From NCBI GenBank assembly GCA_963775315.1, contig CAVZIN010000010.1, positions 170,570 through 234,569 of the forward strand: DNA of 64,000 bases, given 5' to 3'. Position numbers and translations under genes: made by a program. Of the stretch, positions 9,037-19,065 are shown in pieces (position 1 is the stretch's first letter; each line of letters opens with the position of its first letter). This DNA is from an uncultured Alphaproteobacteria bacterium (GTDB lineage: Bacteria; Pseudomonadota; Alphaproteobacteria; MPNO01; DASWLB01). The notes under the pieces are model-generated. The model had not been told where the DNA came from. It saw only the letters and a list, made by a program, of their open reading frames with translations, and ran no database searches.

Positions 9037-9114
9037 ATGGCTGCTCCGGCAAAGAAGGCCGCCAAGAAGACCGCCACCACGAAGAAGAAGACGGCGAGCA
9101 AGAAGAAGAAGTAG
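9037..9114 (+). CDS. Candidate 25-aa Lys-rich micro-protein (MAAPAKKAAKKTATTKKKTASKKKK)
   Basis: SD GGAGAG 7 nt upstream of the ATG and a strong terminator hairpin downstream. Too short for the ORF track. Expression is unproven. Confidence 0.35.
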   Translation: MAAPAKKAAKKTATTKKKTASKKKK

Positions 9115-9171
9115 TTTCCGGCCGACCGAGGCGGACGGAACCCGCGCCACGGTCGGCGCGGTGGAAATGAG

Positions 9172-9205
9172 GCGGCGGTCTGGGCATCCAGGCCGCCGCT
9201 CTTTT
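9172..9205 (+). terminator. Rho-independent terminator
   Basis: GCGGCGGTCTGG-gcat-CCAGGCCGCCGC (one mismatch) followed by TCTTTT. Confidence 0.7.
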
Positions 9206-9284
9206 ATGTGCCGAGCTTTCCGTCCGCGCGCCGCGCCCGTCCCCGTCCTTGACCCGCCCGGATGGGCGAGCCTAGAAGACAAGA

Positions 9285-9548
9285 ATGCTGGGGCTGAGTT
9301 TTTCCAAACTCGTATTCCTGATCGTCGTCATCGCCGTCGTCTGGTACGGCTTCAAGTGGCTCGGCCATACCGAGGCGCGGCGCGTCAACCGCGACGACAC
9401 CCGGCCGCGCGCGCGGGCGCGCACCGCCGACCGGGCGGCGGTCAGCGCCGAGGACACGGTCCGCTGCAGCGTATGCGACACCTATGTGGTCGCGCGCGAT
9501 CCCCGCAGCTGTGGCCGTGCCGGATGCCCTTATCCGCCGGCAAAGTGA
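9285..9548 (+). CDS. Small membrane-anchored protein with C-terminal Cys-rich (zinc-ribbon-like) motif
   Basis: N-terminal TM segment LVFLIVVIAVVWYGF. C-terminal CSVCDTYV...CGRAGCPY. Confidence 0.5.
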   Translation: MLGLSFSKLVFLIVVIAVVWYGFKWLGHTEARRVNRDDTRPRARARTADRAAVSAEDTVRCSVCDTYVVARDPRSCGRAGCPYPPAK

Positions 9549-9626
9549 GCAATTCCCAGGCATTCCGGTCGTATTGACCGGCTTCGGGCCGGTGGGTAAG
9601 TTGCGGGCCACGCCGGGATCCCGCCA

Positions 9627-10499
9627 ATGACCGAAGCTTCCCCAGCGAGGACCTCGTTCCAGGGCCTGATCCTCGCCTTGCAATCCTACTGGGCGGCGCA
9701 GGGATGCGTCCTCCTGCAGCCCTACGACATGGAGGTGGGGGCGGGGACGTTTCATCCCGCCACGCTGCTGCGCGCGCTGGGCAAGGGCGCCTGGCGATGC
9801 GCCTACGTGCAGCCGTCGCGCCGGCCGACCGACGGGCGCTATGGCGAGAATCCGAACCGACTGCAGCACTACTACCAGTTCCAGGTCATCCTGAAGCCGT
9901 CGCCCGCCGACAGCCAGCAGCTCTACCTCGAGAGCCTGCGGACCCTCGGCATCGACGCGGCGCTGCACGACGTCCGCTTTGTCGAGGACGACTGGGAGAG
10001 CCCCACACTGGGCGCCGCCGGCCTCGGCTGGGAAGTGTGGTGCGACGGGATGGAGGTGACCCAATTCACCTATTTCCAGCAGGTGGGCGGAATCGAGTGC
10101 GACCCGGTATCGGTCGAGCTGACCTACGGGCTCGAACGGCTGGCCATGTACATCCAGGGCGTCGAGAACGTCTACGACCTGGACTTCAATGGCGCGGGCG
10201 TGACCTACGGCGACGTGTTCCTGCGGAGCGAGCGCGAGTTCTCCGCCTTCAATTTCGAGCACGCCAACACCGAGAACCTGTTCAAGCAGTTCGCGTTCGC
10301 CGAAGGCGAGTGCGCGGCCCTGCTGGGGCATGACCTCGCCCTGCCCGCCTATGACCAGTGCATCAAGGCGAGCCACCTGTTCAATCTCCTGGATGCGCGC
10401 GGCGTGATCAGCGTCACCGAGCGGGCCGCCTATATCGGGCGCGTGCGGGCGCTCGCGAAGGGATGCTGCGAGGCCTGGCTTCGCGGCACGGCGGCATAG
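9627..10499 (+). CDS. glyQ: Glycine--tRNA ligase alpha subunit
   Basis: 290 aa. Conserved GlyQ sequence throughout ([13 protein letters not shown]..., [20 protein letters not shown]). Confidence 0.95.
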   Translation: MTEASPARTSFQGLILALQSYWAAQGCVLLQPYDMEVGAGTFHPATLLRALGKGAWRCAYVQPSRRPTDGRYGENPNRLQHYYQFQVILKPSPADSQQLYLESLRTLGIDAALHDVRFVEDDWESPTLGAAGLGWEVWCDGMEVTQFTYFQQVGGIECDPVSVELTYGLERLAMYIQGVENVYDLDFNGAGVTYGDVFLRSEREFSAFNFEHANTENLFKQFAFAEGECAALLGHDLALPAYDQCIKASHLFNLLDARGVISVTERAAYIGRVRALAKGCCEAWLRGTAA

Positions 10500-12575
10500 A
10501 TGGCCGAGCTTCTGTTCGAGCTTCTTTCCGAGGAGATCCCGGCGCGGATGCAGGCACGTGCCGCGACCGATCTTGAGCGCGCCATCATCGAGCGGCTGAA
10601 GGCGTCGCAGCTCTCTTTTGCCTCCGCCGAGACGTTCGTGACGCCGCGCCGGCTCTCCATAGTGGTCGACGGCCTCCCCGACCGCCAGCCTGATGCGACC
10701 GAGGAACGGCGGGGCCCGCGCGTGGGCGCGCCGGACCAGGCGATCCAGGGATTCCTGAAGGCCAACGGCCTCGCCACGCTCGACCAATGCGAACGGCGCG
10801 AGTCGGGAAAGGCCGAGTTCTGGTTTGCCGTGGTCGAGCGGCCGGGACAGCCGACCGCGGCGGTGCTGCCGGAACTTCTGGAGGCTGCGGCGCTCGACGT
10901 GCCGTGGCCCAAATCGATGCGTTGGGGCAGCGGAACGATCCGCTGGGTTCGGCCGTTGGTGAGCGTGCTCGGGCTGTTCGACGGCCGCCCGCTCAGCGGC
11001 ACGTGCCTGGGCCTTCCCTTCGGCGCCATCACCCGCGGCCATCGCGTGCATCATCCTCAACCGATCGAGGTCTTCTCCTTCGCCGAATACCGCGAACGGC
11101 TGGCGGCGGCGCGCGTGGTGCTCGATCCCGCCGAGCGGCAGCGGCGCATCGCCCAGCGCGCGGCCGAAGCCGCTACGGAGGCCGGGCTAACGGTCAAGGA
11201 GGATCCCGGGCTTCTCGCCGAGGTGGCCGGGCTGGTCGAATGGCCCGTGGTCGTGATGGGCGCCATCGACGACCGGTTCATGGTCGTGCCTTCCGAGGTG
11301 CTGACCACCGCGATGCGCACGCACCAAAAGTACTTTGCGACGCAGCAACCGGACGGGCGCCTCGCCGCGCGCTTCATCACTGTCGCCAACATCGACGCGC
11401 CCGACAGCGGTCGCGCGATCGTCGCCGGCAACGAACGCGTGCTGCGCGCCCGGCTGGCCGATGCGCGCTTCTTCTGGGATCAGGACCGCAAGCGGAAGCT
11501 GGAAGACCGCGTCCCGGCGCTCGACGACATCGTGTTCCACGCGCGGCTCGGCAGCCTCGGCGCGAAAATCGGGCGGCTACAGACGCTGGCCGCGGAGCTT
11601 GCGGAGTTCGTGCCCGGCAGCGACCGCGACTTGGCGCGCAGCGCGGCGCTGCTGGCCAAGGCGGACCTCACCACCGGTATGGTCGGCGAATTCCCCGAGC
11701 TTCAGGGGATCATGGGCCGCTACTACGCGTTGGAAGAGGGGGAAAAACACGATGTGGCAGACGCCATCGCCGATCATTACGCCCCCGCCGGCCCCAACGA
11801 CCGCTGCCCGACACGCCCGGTGAGCGTGGCGGTCGCGCTGGCGGACAAGCTCGACACCCTGTTCTGGTTCTTCGCCATCGACGAGAAGCCGACCGGCTCG
11901 AAGGACCCGTTCGCGCTGCGCCGTGCCGCCCTCGGGGTCATCCGGCTGATCCTTGAGAACCGGCTCCGCCTGCCGCTTCGCGAGGCTTTCGCGCGCGCGC
12001 GAAGCGGCGCCGCCGTGCCGATCGAGGAGCGGGCGGCGGCCAAGGTGAGCGAGGAGTTGGTCGCGTTCTTCGCCGACCGGCTGAAAGCGCACCTGCGGGA
12101 GCAGGGGGTGCGCCATGACTTGGTCAGTGCCGTCTTCTCCCTGACCGGCGAGGACGATCTGGTGCGCCTCTTAGCGCGCGTCGACGCGCTGCAGCGCTTT
12201 CTCGGCACCGACGACGGCGCCAACCTGCTGACCGCCTACCGGCGCGCCGCCAATATCGTCCGGATCGAGGAGCGCAAGGACAAGGCCGCCTATGACGGCG
12301 CTCCCGACGAGGCGGCGCTGGTCCAGCCCGAGGAGATCGCGCTTCTGGATCGGCTGCGCACAGCCGAGGCGGACACGGCCGCCGCGCTCGATGCCGAGGA
12401 TTTCGTGCGGGCAATGAGCGCGCTGGCGAGCCTGCGCCAGCCGGTGGACGCGTTCTTCGACCGCGTCACGGTAAATGCCGACGAGGCGGCCCTGCGGGCC
12501 AACCGCCTTCGGCTTCTTTCGCAAATCAGGGCGACGATGAACCGGGTCGCCAACTTCGCCGAGATCGAAGGCTAG
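10500..12575 (+). CDS. glyS: Glycine--tRNA ligase beta subunit
   Basis: 691 aa. The ATG directly follows the glyQ stop. [19 protein letters not shown]-terminus is typical of GlyS. Confidence 0.95.
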   Translation: MAELLFELLSEEIPARMQARAATDLERAIIERLKASQLSFASAETFVTPRRLSIVVDGLPDRQPDATEERRGPRVGAPDQAIQGFLKANGLATLDQCERRESGKAEFWFAVVERPGQPTAAVLPELLEAAALDVPWPKSMRWGSGTIRWVRPLVSVLGLFDGRPLSGTCLGLPFGAITRGHRVHHPQPIEVFSFAEYRERLAAARVVLDPAERQRRIAQRAAEAATEAGLTVKEDPGLLAEVAGLVEWPVVVMGAIDDRFMVVPSEVLTTAMRTHQKYFATQQPDGRLAARFITVANIDAPDSGRAIVAGNERVLRARLADARFFWDQDRKRKLEDRVPALDDIVFHARLGSLGAKIGRLQTLAAELAEFVPGSDRDLARSAALLAKADLTTGMVGEFPELQGIMGRYYALEEGEKHDVADAIADHYAPAGPNDRCPTRPVSVAVALADKLDTLFWFFAIDEKPTGSKDPFALRRAALGVIRLILENRLRLPLREAFARARSGAAVPIEERAAAKVSEELVAFFADRLKAHLREQGVRHDLVSAVFSLTGEDDLVRLLARVDALQRFLGTDDGANLLTAYRRAANIVRIEERKDKAAYDGAPDEAALVQPEEIALLDRLRTAEADTAAALDAEDFVRAMSALASLRQPVDAFFDRVTVNADEAALRANRLRLLSQIRATMNRVANFAEIEG

Positions 12576-12609
12576 GGCCCGGGACGCACCGAGGATCGGG
12601 AAGGTCACG

Positions 12610-15303
12610 ATGGCGGACAAGTGGGTATATCGCTTCGGCGGAGGCAAGGCGGAAGGGCGCGCCTCGATGCGCAACCTTCTGGGTGGCAAAGGCGCGAACC
12701 TGGCCGAAATGTCGAGCCTGGGACTGCCCGTGCCGCCGGGCTTTACCATCACCACCGACGTCTGCACCGCCTTCTACAAGAACGATCGGAACTATCCCGA
12801 CGGGATGGAGAAGGAGGTGGAGGCCGCCCTCGCCCACATCGAGACCGAGGTCGGCGCCAAGTTCGGCGATGCGAAGAACCCGCTTCTCGTGTCGGTGCGT
12901 TCGGGCGCGCGGGCTTCGATGCCGGGCATGATGGACACCGTCCTCAACCTGGAACTCAACGACGAGACGGTTAAGGGGCTGATCGACCGCTCCGGTGACG
13001 CCCGGTTCGCCTATGACTCCTACCGCCGCTTCATCCAGATGTATGCCGACGTCGTGCTCGGCGTCGAACACCACCAGCTCGAGGAGCTCCTCGACAACCT
13101 GAAGCTCGAGAAGCGGTACACGCTCGATACCGAGCTCAAGGCCGACGACTGGAAGTCCCTGGCGGCACAATACAAGGAGCGGGTGCGGGAGCTTCTGGGC
13201 AAGCCCTTCCCGCAGAAGCCGCGCGACCAACTCTGGGGCGCCATCGGCGCCGTGTTCGGGAGCTGGATGAACCAGCGCGCCATCGCCTATCGCCGGTACA
13301 ACAACATCCCGGAGGAGTGGGGCACCGCCGTCACGGTGCAGGCGATGGTGTTCGGCAATATGGGCGACGATTGCGCAACGGGCGTCGCCTTCACGCGCGA
13401 TCCCTCGACCGGCGATAACGTCTTCTATGGTGAGTACCTGGTGAACGCCCAGGGCGAGGACGTGGTGGCAGGCATCCGCACGCCGCAGCACCTGACGGTG
13501 GCGGGCAAGGAGAAAGCGGAGTCCGACCTGCCGGCGATGGAAGAGGTGATGCCGCACGTCTTCGGCCAACTTGTCGAGGTGCGGGGGACTCTCGAGAAGC
13601 ACTACCGCGACATGCAGGACATCGAGTTCACCGTGCAGTCGGGCAAGCTCTACATGCTGCAGACCCGCACCGGAAAGCGCACCGCCTCGGCCGCGTTGAA
13701 GATCGCCTGCGACATGGTGCGCGACGGGCTGATCGACGAATCCGAGGCCGTTTCGCGCATCGAGCCGGAATCGCTCGATCAGCTCCTCCACCCGACGCTC
13801 GACCCGGACGCCGAACGCACCTTCCTGACTCGCGGACTCCCGGCTTCGCCCGGCGCGGCCTGCGGCAAGGTGGTGTTCTCCGCCGACGAAGCCGAGGCAA
13901 TGGCCGCCAAGGGCGAGGACGTCATCCTGGTCCGTATCGAGACGAGCCCCGAGGACATCCATGGCATGCATGCTGCCAAGGGCATCCTCACCAGCCGGGG
14001 CGGCATGACCAGCCACGCCGCCGTGGTGGCGCGCGGCATGGGCACGCCCTGCGTCGCTGGCGCGGGCGAGTTGGTGATCGACTACAAGGCGAAGACCCTC
14101 CGCGTGCGCGACATCGCTGTCAAGGCAGGCGACATCATCACGCTCGATGGCGCAGCCGGCGAGGTAATGCTGGGCGCCGTTCCGACAATCCAGCCGACGC
14201 TTTCCGGCGACTTCGCGACACTGATGGAATGGGTCGACAAGGTGCGCCGCCTCGGCGTGCGCGCGAACGCGGAGACCCCCGAGGACGCGATGACGGCGGT
14301 CCGCTTCGGTGCCGACGGGATCGGGCTGTCACGTACCGAGCACATGTTCTTCGACGAGGACCGCATTGTCGCGGTGCGCGAGATGATCCTGGCGCAGGAT
14401 GTCGAAGGGCGGCGCAAGGCGCTGGCGAAGATCCTGCCCATGCAGCGCGACGACTTCATCGAGCTGTTCCGCATCATGGAGGGCCGGCCGGTCACCATCC
14501 GTCTGCTCGACCCGCCGCTGCACGAGTTCCTGCCCAATTCCGATGCCGAGTTCGAGGAGGTCGCACGCTCGACCGGCGTGGCGGTCGAGGCGGTGCGCGC
14601 GCGCAGCAACGCGCTGCACGAGGCGAACCCGATGCTGGGCCATCGCGGCTGCCGGCTGGGCATCACCTATCCCGAGATCTACGAGATGCAGTGCCGCGCG
14701 ATTTTCGAGGCCGCCGCCGCCGTGCAGAAGGAGGGCACCAAGGTGGTGCCGGAAGTGATGATCCCGCTGATCGCCACCAAGCGCGAGCTCGACATCCTGA
14801 AGGAGATGGTGGACCGCGTCGCCGCCGAGGTGATGACCGCGACGGCGACCAAGCTCTCCTACCTCACGGGCACCATGATCGAGCTCCCGCGTGCCGCCCT
14901 GCTCGCCGGCCAGATCGCCGAGACGGCAGAGTTCTTCAGCTTCGGCACCAACGACCTCACCCAGACCACATTCGGCCTGTCACGCGACGATTCCGGAAGC
15001 TTCCTCGCCGCCTATGAGAAGGCGGGCATTTTCGAGAAGGACCCGTTCGTAACGCTGGACCGCGAGGGGGTGGGCGAGCTGATCCGCATCGCCGCCGAAC
15101 GCGGCCGGGCCAGCCGTCCGAAGCTGAAACTGGGCATCTGCGGCGAGCATGGCGGCGATCCTGCGTCGGTTCGGTTCTGCCATGCGGTTGGGCTAGACTA
15201 CGTCTCGGCCTCGCCGTTCCGCGTGCCGATCGCACGCCTCGCCGCTGCCCAGGCGGCGCTCGCCGGCGAGGATCAGGAGATCGGCGTCAGCTCGACGGCG
15301 TAG
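12610..15303 (+). CDS. ppdK: Pyruvate, phosphate dikinase
   Basis: 897 aa. Phosphohistidine motif GGMTSHAAVVARG. PEP-utilising C-terminal domain. Confidence 0.95.
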   Translation: MADKWVYRFGGGKAEGRASMRNLLGGKGANLAEMSSLGLPVPPGFTITTDVCTAFYKNDRNYPDGMEKEVEAALAHIETEVGAKFGDAKNPLLVSVRSGARASMPGMMDTVLNLELNDETVKGLIDRSGDARFAYDSYRRFIQMYADVVLGVEHHQLEELLDNLKLEKRYTLDTELKADDWKSLAAQYKERVRELLGKPFPQKPRDQLWGAIGAVFGSWMNQRAIAYRRYNNIPEEWGTAVTVQAMVFGNMGDDCATGVAFTRDPSTGDNVFYGEYLVNAQGEDVVAGIRTPQHLTVAGKEKAESDLPAMEEVMPHVFGQLVEVRGTLEKHYRDMQDIEFTVQSGKLYMLQTRTGKRTASAALKIACDMVRDGLIDESEAVSRIEPESLDQLLHPTLDPDAERTFLTRGLPASPGAACGKVVFSADEAEAMAAKGEDVILVRIETSPEDIHGMHAAKGILTSRGGMTSHAAVVARGMGTPCVAGAGELVIDYKAKTLRVRDIAVKAGDIITLDGAAGEVMLGAVPTIQPTLSGDFATLMEWVDKVRRLGVRANAETPEDAMTAVRFGADGIGLSRTEHMFFDEDRIVAVREMILAQDVEGRRKALAKILPMQRDDFIELFRIMEGRPVTIRLLDPPLHEFLPNSDAEFEEVARSTGVAVEAVRARSNALHEANPMLGHRGCRLGITYPEIYEMQCRAIFEAAAAVQKEGTKVVPEVMIPLIATKRELDILKEMVDRVAAEVMTATATKLSYLTGTMIELPRAALLAGQIAETAEFFSFGTNDLTQTTFGLSRDDSGSFLAAYEKAGIFEKDPFVTLDREGVGELIRIAAERGRASRPKLKLGICGEHGGDPASVRFCHAVGLDYVSASPFRVPIARLAAAQAALAGEDQEIGVSSTA

Positions 15304-16174
15304 TCTCCGGTCCGCAGGCGAGCAGCGATAGTCGCGCCTCGCCCGCCGCGAGCGGCCCCTCTGCGAGATCGAGCCGCAGCAGCGCCATGCCGACCGCGCC
15401 GGCGGACGAGCGCATCTCGCCCGCCTCCACCCCGTTGCGGAGGATGGGCGTCCCGGGAGACGGTACAGGCCCGTCGATCGCGACCGGCAGCAGGCGCTTC
15501 CGCACAAGTTCGCGCCGCTTCATGCGGGTCGTGACCTCCTGCCCGACATAACATCCCTTCTCGAAATCGACGCCGTTCAAAATGTCAGCCCCGCCTTCGA
15601 GCAGCAGCAGCTTGTCGGCGATGAAGTCGCGACTGCCGTCGGGCAGACCAAGTCCGATCCGCGCCGCGTCATACGCGGCGAAATCTCCCACCGAAAATCC
15701 CGCCTTCTCGAGCGCCGTGCCACCCGTCTCGCCGGGGAGCACGACCCGAACGCCGATCCGCGCCTCGCGCGGATCCACATAGGCGATCCCCCCGCCGAAC
15801 ATTCGCGCAGCCCCCTCACGATTCGCGAGCCCCAGCGCCGCAGCGGCTCCGTCGCCGAACGCCGCGTAAACCGCGAGCCCGTCCTTTGGTGCAATCGCGA
15901 CCTGGGCCCGCAGCTTGTAAAGCGCGAGCCGCTTCGCGAGCGCGTCCCGCCGCTCGGCCTCGCAGTCCAGGTAGAGCGCGCCGTCCAGTTCCAGGACGAC
16001 GAAATCGAACAGGTACCGTCCCTGCGGGGTCAGCAGGGCCGCATAGATCGCCTGGTCGGGCGCGACCTTCTCGACATCGTTGGTGACGAGGCCCTGAAGG
16101 AACGACCGCGCCTCCGCCCCCGTTACGGCGATGAGGGCGCGACCCGGCAGCGGCACATAGAGCTTGCGATCCAT
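15287..16174 (-). CDS. ygfZ: Folate-binding Fe-S cluster repair / tRNA-modification protein YgfZ family
   Basis: KGCYVGQE signature. Start taken at MDRKLYVPLPG (ATG at 16174), not the upstream Arg-rich extension in the track. Confidence 0.8.
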   Translation of the reverse strand: MDRKLYVPLPGRALIAVTGAEARSFLQGLVTNDVEKVAPDQAIYAALLTPQGRYLFDFVVLELDGALYLDCEAERRDALAKRLALYKLRAQVAIAPKDGLAVYAAFGDGAAAALGLANREGAARMFGGGIAYVDPREARIGVRVVLPGETGGTALEKAGFSVGDFAAYDAARIGLGLPDGSRDFIADKLLLLEGGADILNGVDFEKGCYVGQEVTTRMKRRELVRKRLLPVAIDGPVPSPGTPILRNGVEAGEMRSSAGAVGMALLRLDLAEGPLAAGEARLSLLACGPETTPSS

Positions 16175-16313
16175 GACGGGCGTGAGGTGGGGCGCGCCAC
16201 GCGCCGCGGCAAGGGCCGGCTTGGCAATCGGCCGAACGCGACGGTATAACGCACGCCATGGGCGATGAAGCCGCCATCGGCCGGCTCCCGCGCCGACCGG
16301 GGCGGGCGCCGGA

Positions 16314-17276
16314 ATGAAGATCCTGTTCATCACCTCGACACGGCTAGGCGACGCCGTCCTGTCTACCGGGCTCCTGCGCCATCTACTTGCGCGCCACCCC
16401 GGGGCCGGCGTGACGGTGGCCTGCGGCCCGCTTCCCGCGCCGCTGTTTGCCGTCATGCCGGGCGTGGAACGGGTCATTGCGCTGCGCAAGCGGCGCTTCG
16501 CAGGCCATTGGCTCCGGCTGTGGCTCACCTGCCTGCCCGTTCGCTGGGATTTGATCGTCGATTTGCGCCGCTCGGCAGTCTCGCGTCTCCTCTCCGCGCG
16601 CGACCGGCGCGTGCTCGGCCGGGGCCTTCAGGGCCATCAGGTCGAGCGGCTGGCGACCGTCCTCGCCCTCCTGTCTCCCCCCGCCCCTCACCTCGAAATC
16701 GCGTCGCAAGCCGCCGAAGCGGCCGCGCGGCTGATCCCGGCCGGAACGCCGGTGCTCGGCCTTGGCCCCACGGCCAACTGGCCACCCAAGGCCTGGCCTG
16801 CCGAGCGGTTCGCAGCCCTCGCCGCGCAGCTCACCGGCCCAGAGGGCATCCTCCCCGGCGCGCGCATCGCCGTTTTCGGCGCGCCGGACGAACGCGACGC
16901 GGCCGGGAAGGTCATCGAGGCCCTGCCAGCGGACCGGCGCATCGACCTCGTCGGCCGCGCCGGCCTTCCCATCATCGCCGCCTGCCTCGCCCGGCTTTCC
17001 CTCTATGTCGGCAACGATTCCGGCCTCGCCCATATGGCGGCGGCTGTCGGCACGCCGACCCTTGCGCTGTTCGGGCCAAGCCATCCCGAGATCTACGCGC
17101 CATGGGGCGACGGGACCGCCGTCGCCCGCACCGCACTCTCCTACGAGGCCTTGATCGGCACACCTGGCTACGACCATCACGACCACTCGATGCGGCTGAT
17201 GGATTCTCTGTCGGTGGACGAGGCGGCCGGCCAAGCCGACGCCCTATGGCGGCGCTGCCGCGGCGCGGCGGCATGA
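16314..17276 (+). CDS. Glycosyltransferase family 9 (heptosyltransferase-like)
   Basis: MKILFITSTRLGDAVLSTG N-terminus and ...YVGNDSGLAHMAAAVGTP motif, both typical of GT9. Confidence 0.8.
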   Translation: MKILFITSTRLGDAVLSTGLLRHLLARHPGAGVTVACGPLPAPLFAVMPGVERVIALRKRRFAGHWLRLWLTCLPVRWDLIVDLRRSAVSRLLSARDRRVLGRGLQGHQVERLATVLALLSPPAPHLEIASQAAEAAARLIPAGTPVLGLGPTANWPPKAWPAERFAALAAQLTGPEGILPGARIAVFGAPDERDAAGKVIEALPADRRIDLVGRAGLPIIAACLARLSLYVGNDSGLAHMAAAVGTPTLALFGPSHPEIYAPWGDGTAVARTALSYEALIGTPGYDHHDHSMRLMDSLSVDEAAGQADALWRRCRGAAA

Positions 17277-18031
17277 GCGCGGCGACCATCTCCGCGCTGG
17301 TCGTCGTGCATGACGAGGCGGGCCAGCTTGCCGAATGCCTCGGCCGGCTCGGTTTCGCCGACGAGATCGTGGTGGTTCTCGACCGCTGCACCGACGCATC
17401 GAAGGAGATCGCGCTGCGCTTCACCGACCGGCTGGTCGAGGGCGCCTGGCCGCTGGAAGGGCCGCGCCGCAACGCGGGGATCGCCGCATGCTCCGGCGAC
17501 TGGGTCGTAGAGATCGACGCGGACGAGCGGGTGAGCGATGCCCTTGCCGCCGAGGCGCGCCGCGTGGTCGAGGGTTCGCCCCATGATTGGCACGAGCTGC
17601 CCGTCGACAACTATATCGGCAGCCGGCTCGTCCGCTACGGCTGGGGGGCGTCCTACGGCACTTCGGCGGTGCCCCGCCTGTGGCGCCGCGGCATGAAATG
17701 CTGGGGAGAAGGCCGCGTCCATCCGGCGATCGAGCTGCGGGGCGCCAAGGGACCGCGCCTTGCCGCACCGCTGGTCCACTACGTGGACCGGGACATCTCC
17801 GACATGATCCGCCGGCTCGACCGCTACACGACGCTGCGCGCGCGCGATCTCCGCGATTCGGGCAACATCGGCTCGTTCGGACGCAATCTCCGTCGCATCT
17901 TCACCCGCTTCTACAAATGCTACGTGCGGCGGCGGGGCTATCGCGAGGGCGGGTACGGCTTCCTGATCGCGCTGTTCGCCGGGCTTTACCCGATGCTGTC
18001 GCACCTCAAGGCGCGTCTCGAGGACGATTGA
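17273..18031 (+). CDS. Glycosyltransferase family 2
   Basis: ATGA overlap with the GT9 gene. ISALVVVHDE... N-terminus and DxD-type EIDADE motif. Confidence 0.8.
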   Translation: MSAATISALVVVHDEAGQLAECLGRLGFADEIVVVLDRCTDASKEIALRFTDRLVEGAWPLEGPRRNAGIAACSGDWVVEIDADERVSDALAAEARRVVEGSPHDWHELPVDNYIGSRLVRYGWGASYGTSAVPRLWRRGMKCWGEGRVHPAIELRGAKGPRLAAPLVHYVDRDISDMIRRLDRYTTLRARDLRDSGNIGSFGRNLRRIFTRFYKCYVRRRGYREGGYGFLIALFAGLYPMLSHLKARLEDD

Positions 18032-19065
18032 TGCGCGTGCTTCAGGCGATGGCGGGAGCGCCGGTCGGCGGGGCGGAGGCATTCTTTGTCCGGCTCATCG
18101 GAGCGCTCGCCCGCACAGGACTCGACCAGCGCATCGTCGTCCGGCGCGACGCGAAACGCGCGGCCGCGCTCGCAGCCTCGGGCCTCGCACCGATCGAGCT
18201 CGCCTTCGGCGGGCGTCTCGACTTCGCCACCCGCCGCGCGCTCGCCCGCGAGATCGAGGCCTATCGCCCCCAGATCGTGCTGACCTGGATGAGCCGCGCA
18301 ACAAGCCACTGTCCGCGGTCGACCCCTCGCCGCCCGTTCGTCCACGCCGCCCGGCTCGGCGGCTATTACGACCTGAAATACTACCGGCGTTGCGACCACC
18401 TCGTCGGCAACACCCGCGACATCGTGGCCTATGCGGTGAGGAGCGGCTGGCCAGTGGAGCGCGTTCACTACCTTCCCAACTTCGTTGCGGCCGAACCCGC
18501 CCCGCCCGTTGCGCGCGAGAGCCTTGCCACGCCCGCCGACGCGCCGCTGCTGCTCGCGCTCGGCCGGCTCCACCCCAACAAGGCGCTGCACGTCGCCATC
18601 CGCGCCCTCGTGCGGCTTCCCGCCGCCTATCTCTGGATCGCGGGCGAAGGACGGCTCGACGCCACCCTCCGCACCTTGGCGCGCGAGCAGGGCGTCGCGG
18701 ACAGGGTGCGATTCCTTGGCTGGCGCGACGATACCGCCGCTTTGCTCGCCGCCGCCGACGTGCTGCTGTGCCCTTCGCGCATCGAGCCGCTCGGCAATGT
18801 CGTGATCGAAGGCTGGGCGCACGGCGTTCCGGTGGTCGCCGCCGACGCGGTCGGGCCGCACGCACTGATCGCGGATGGCGACAGCGGCCTGCTGGTTCCG
18901 GCGGACGACCCCGCTGCGCTGGCCGCCGCGACGGGCCGCGTGCTGGAGTCCGCCGGGCTTGCCGCCCGTTTGGCCGACGGAGGCCGGGCGGCTTGGCACC
19001 GCGACTTCACGGAACAGGCCGTGGTGCGCGCCTGGCTCGAATTCTTCGAGCGGATCGCCGGCTGA
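18031..19065 (+). CDS. Glycosyltransferase family 4 (GT-B)
   Basis: TGATG overlap with the upstream gene. C-terminal E-x7-E region (PSRIEPLGNVVIEGWAHG). Confidence 0.8.
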   Translation: MRVLQAMAGAPVGGAEAFFVRLIGALARTGLDQRIVVRRDAKRAAALAASGLAPIELAFGGRLDFATRRALAREIEAYRPQIVLTWMSRATSHCPRSTPRRPFVHAARLGGYYDLKYYRRCDHLVGNTRDIVAYAVRSGWPVERVHYLPNFVAAEPAPPVARESLATPADAPLLLALGRLHPNKALHVAIRALVRLPAAYLWIAGEGRLDATLRTLAREQGVADRVRFLGWRDDTAALLAAADVLLCPSRIEPLGNVVIEGWAHGVPVVAADAVGPHALIADGDSGLLVPADDPAALAAATGRVLESAGLAARLADGGRAAWHRDFTEQAVVRAWLEFFERIAG

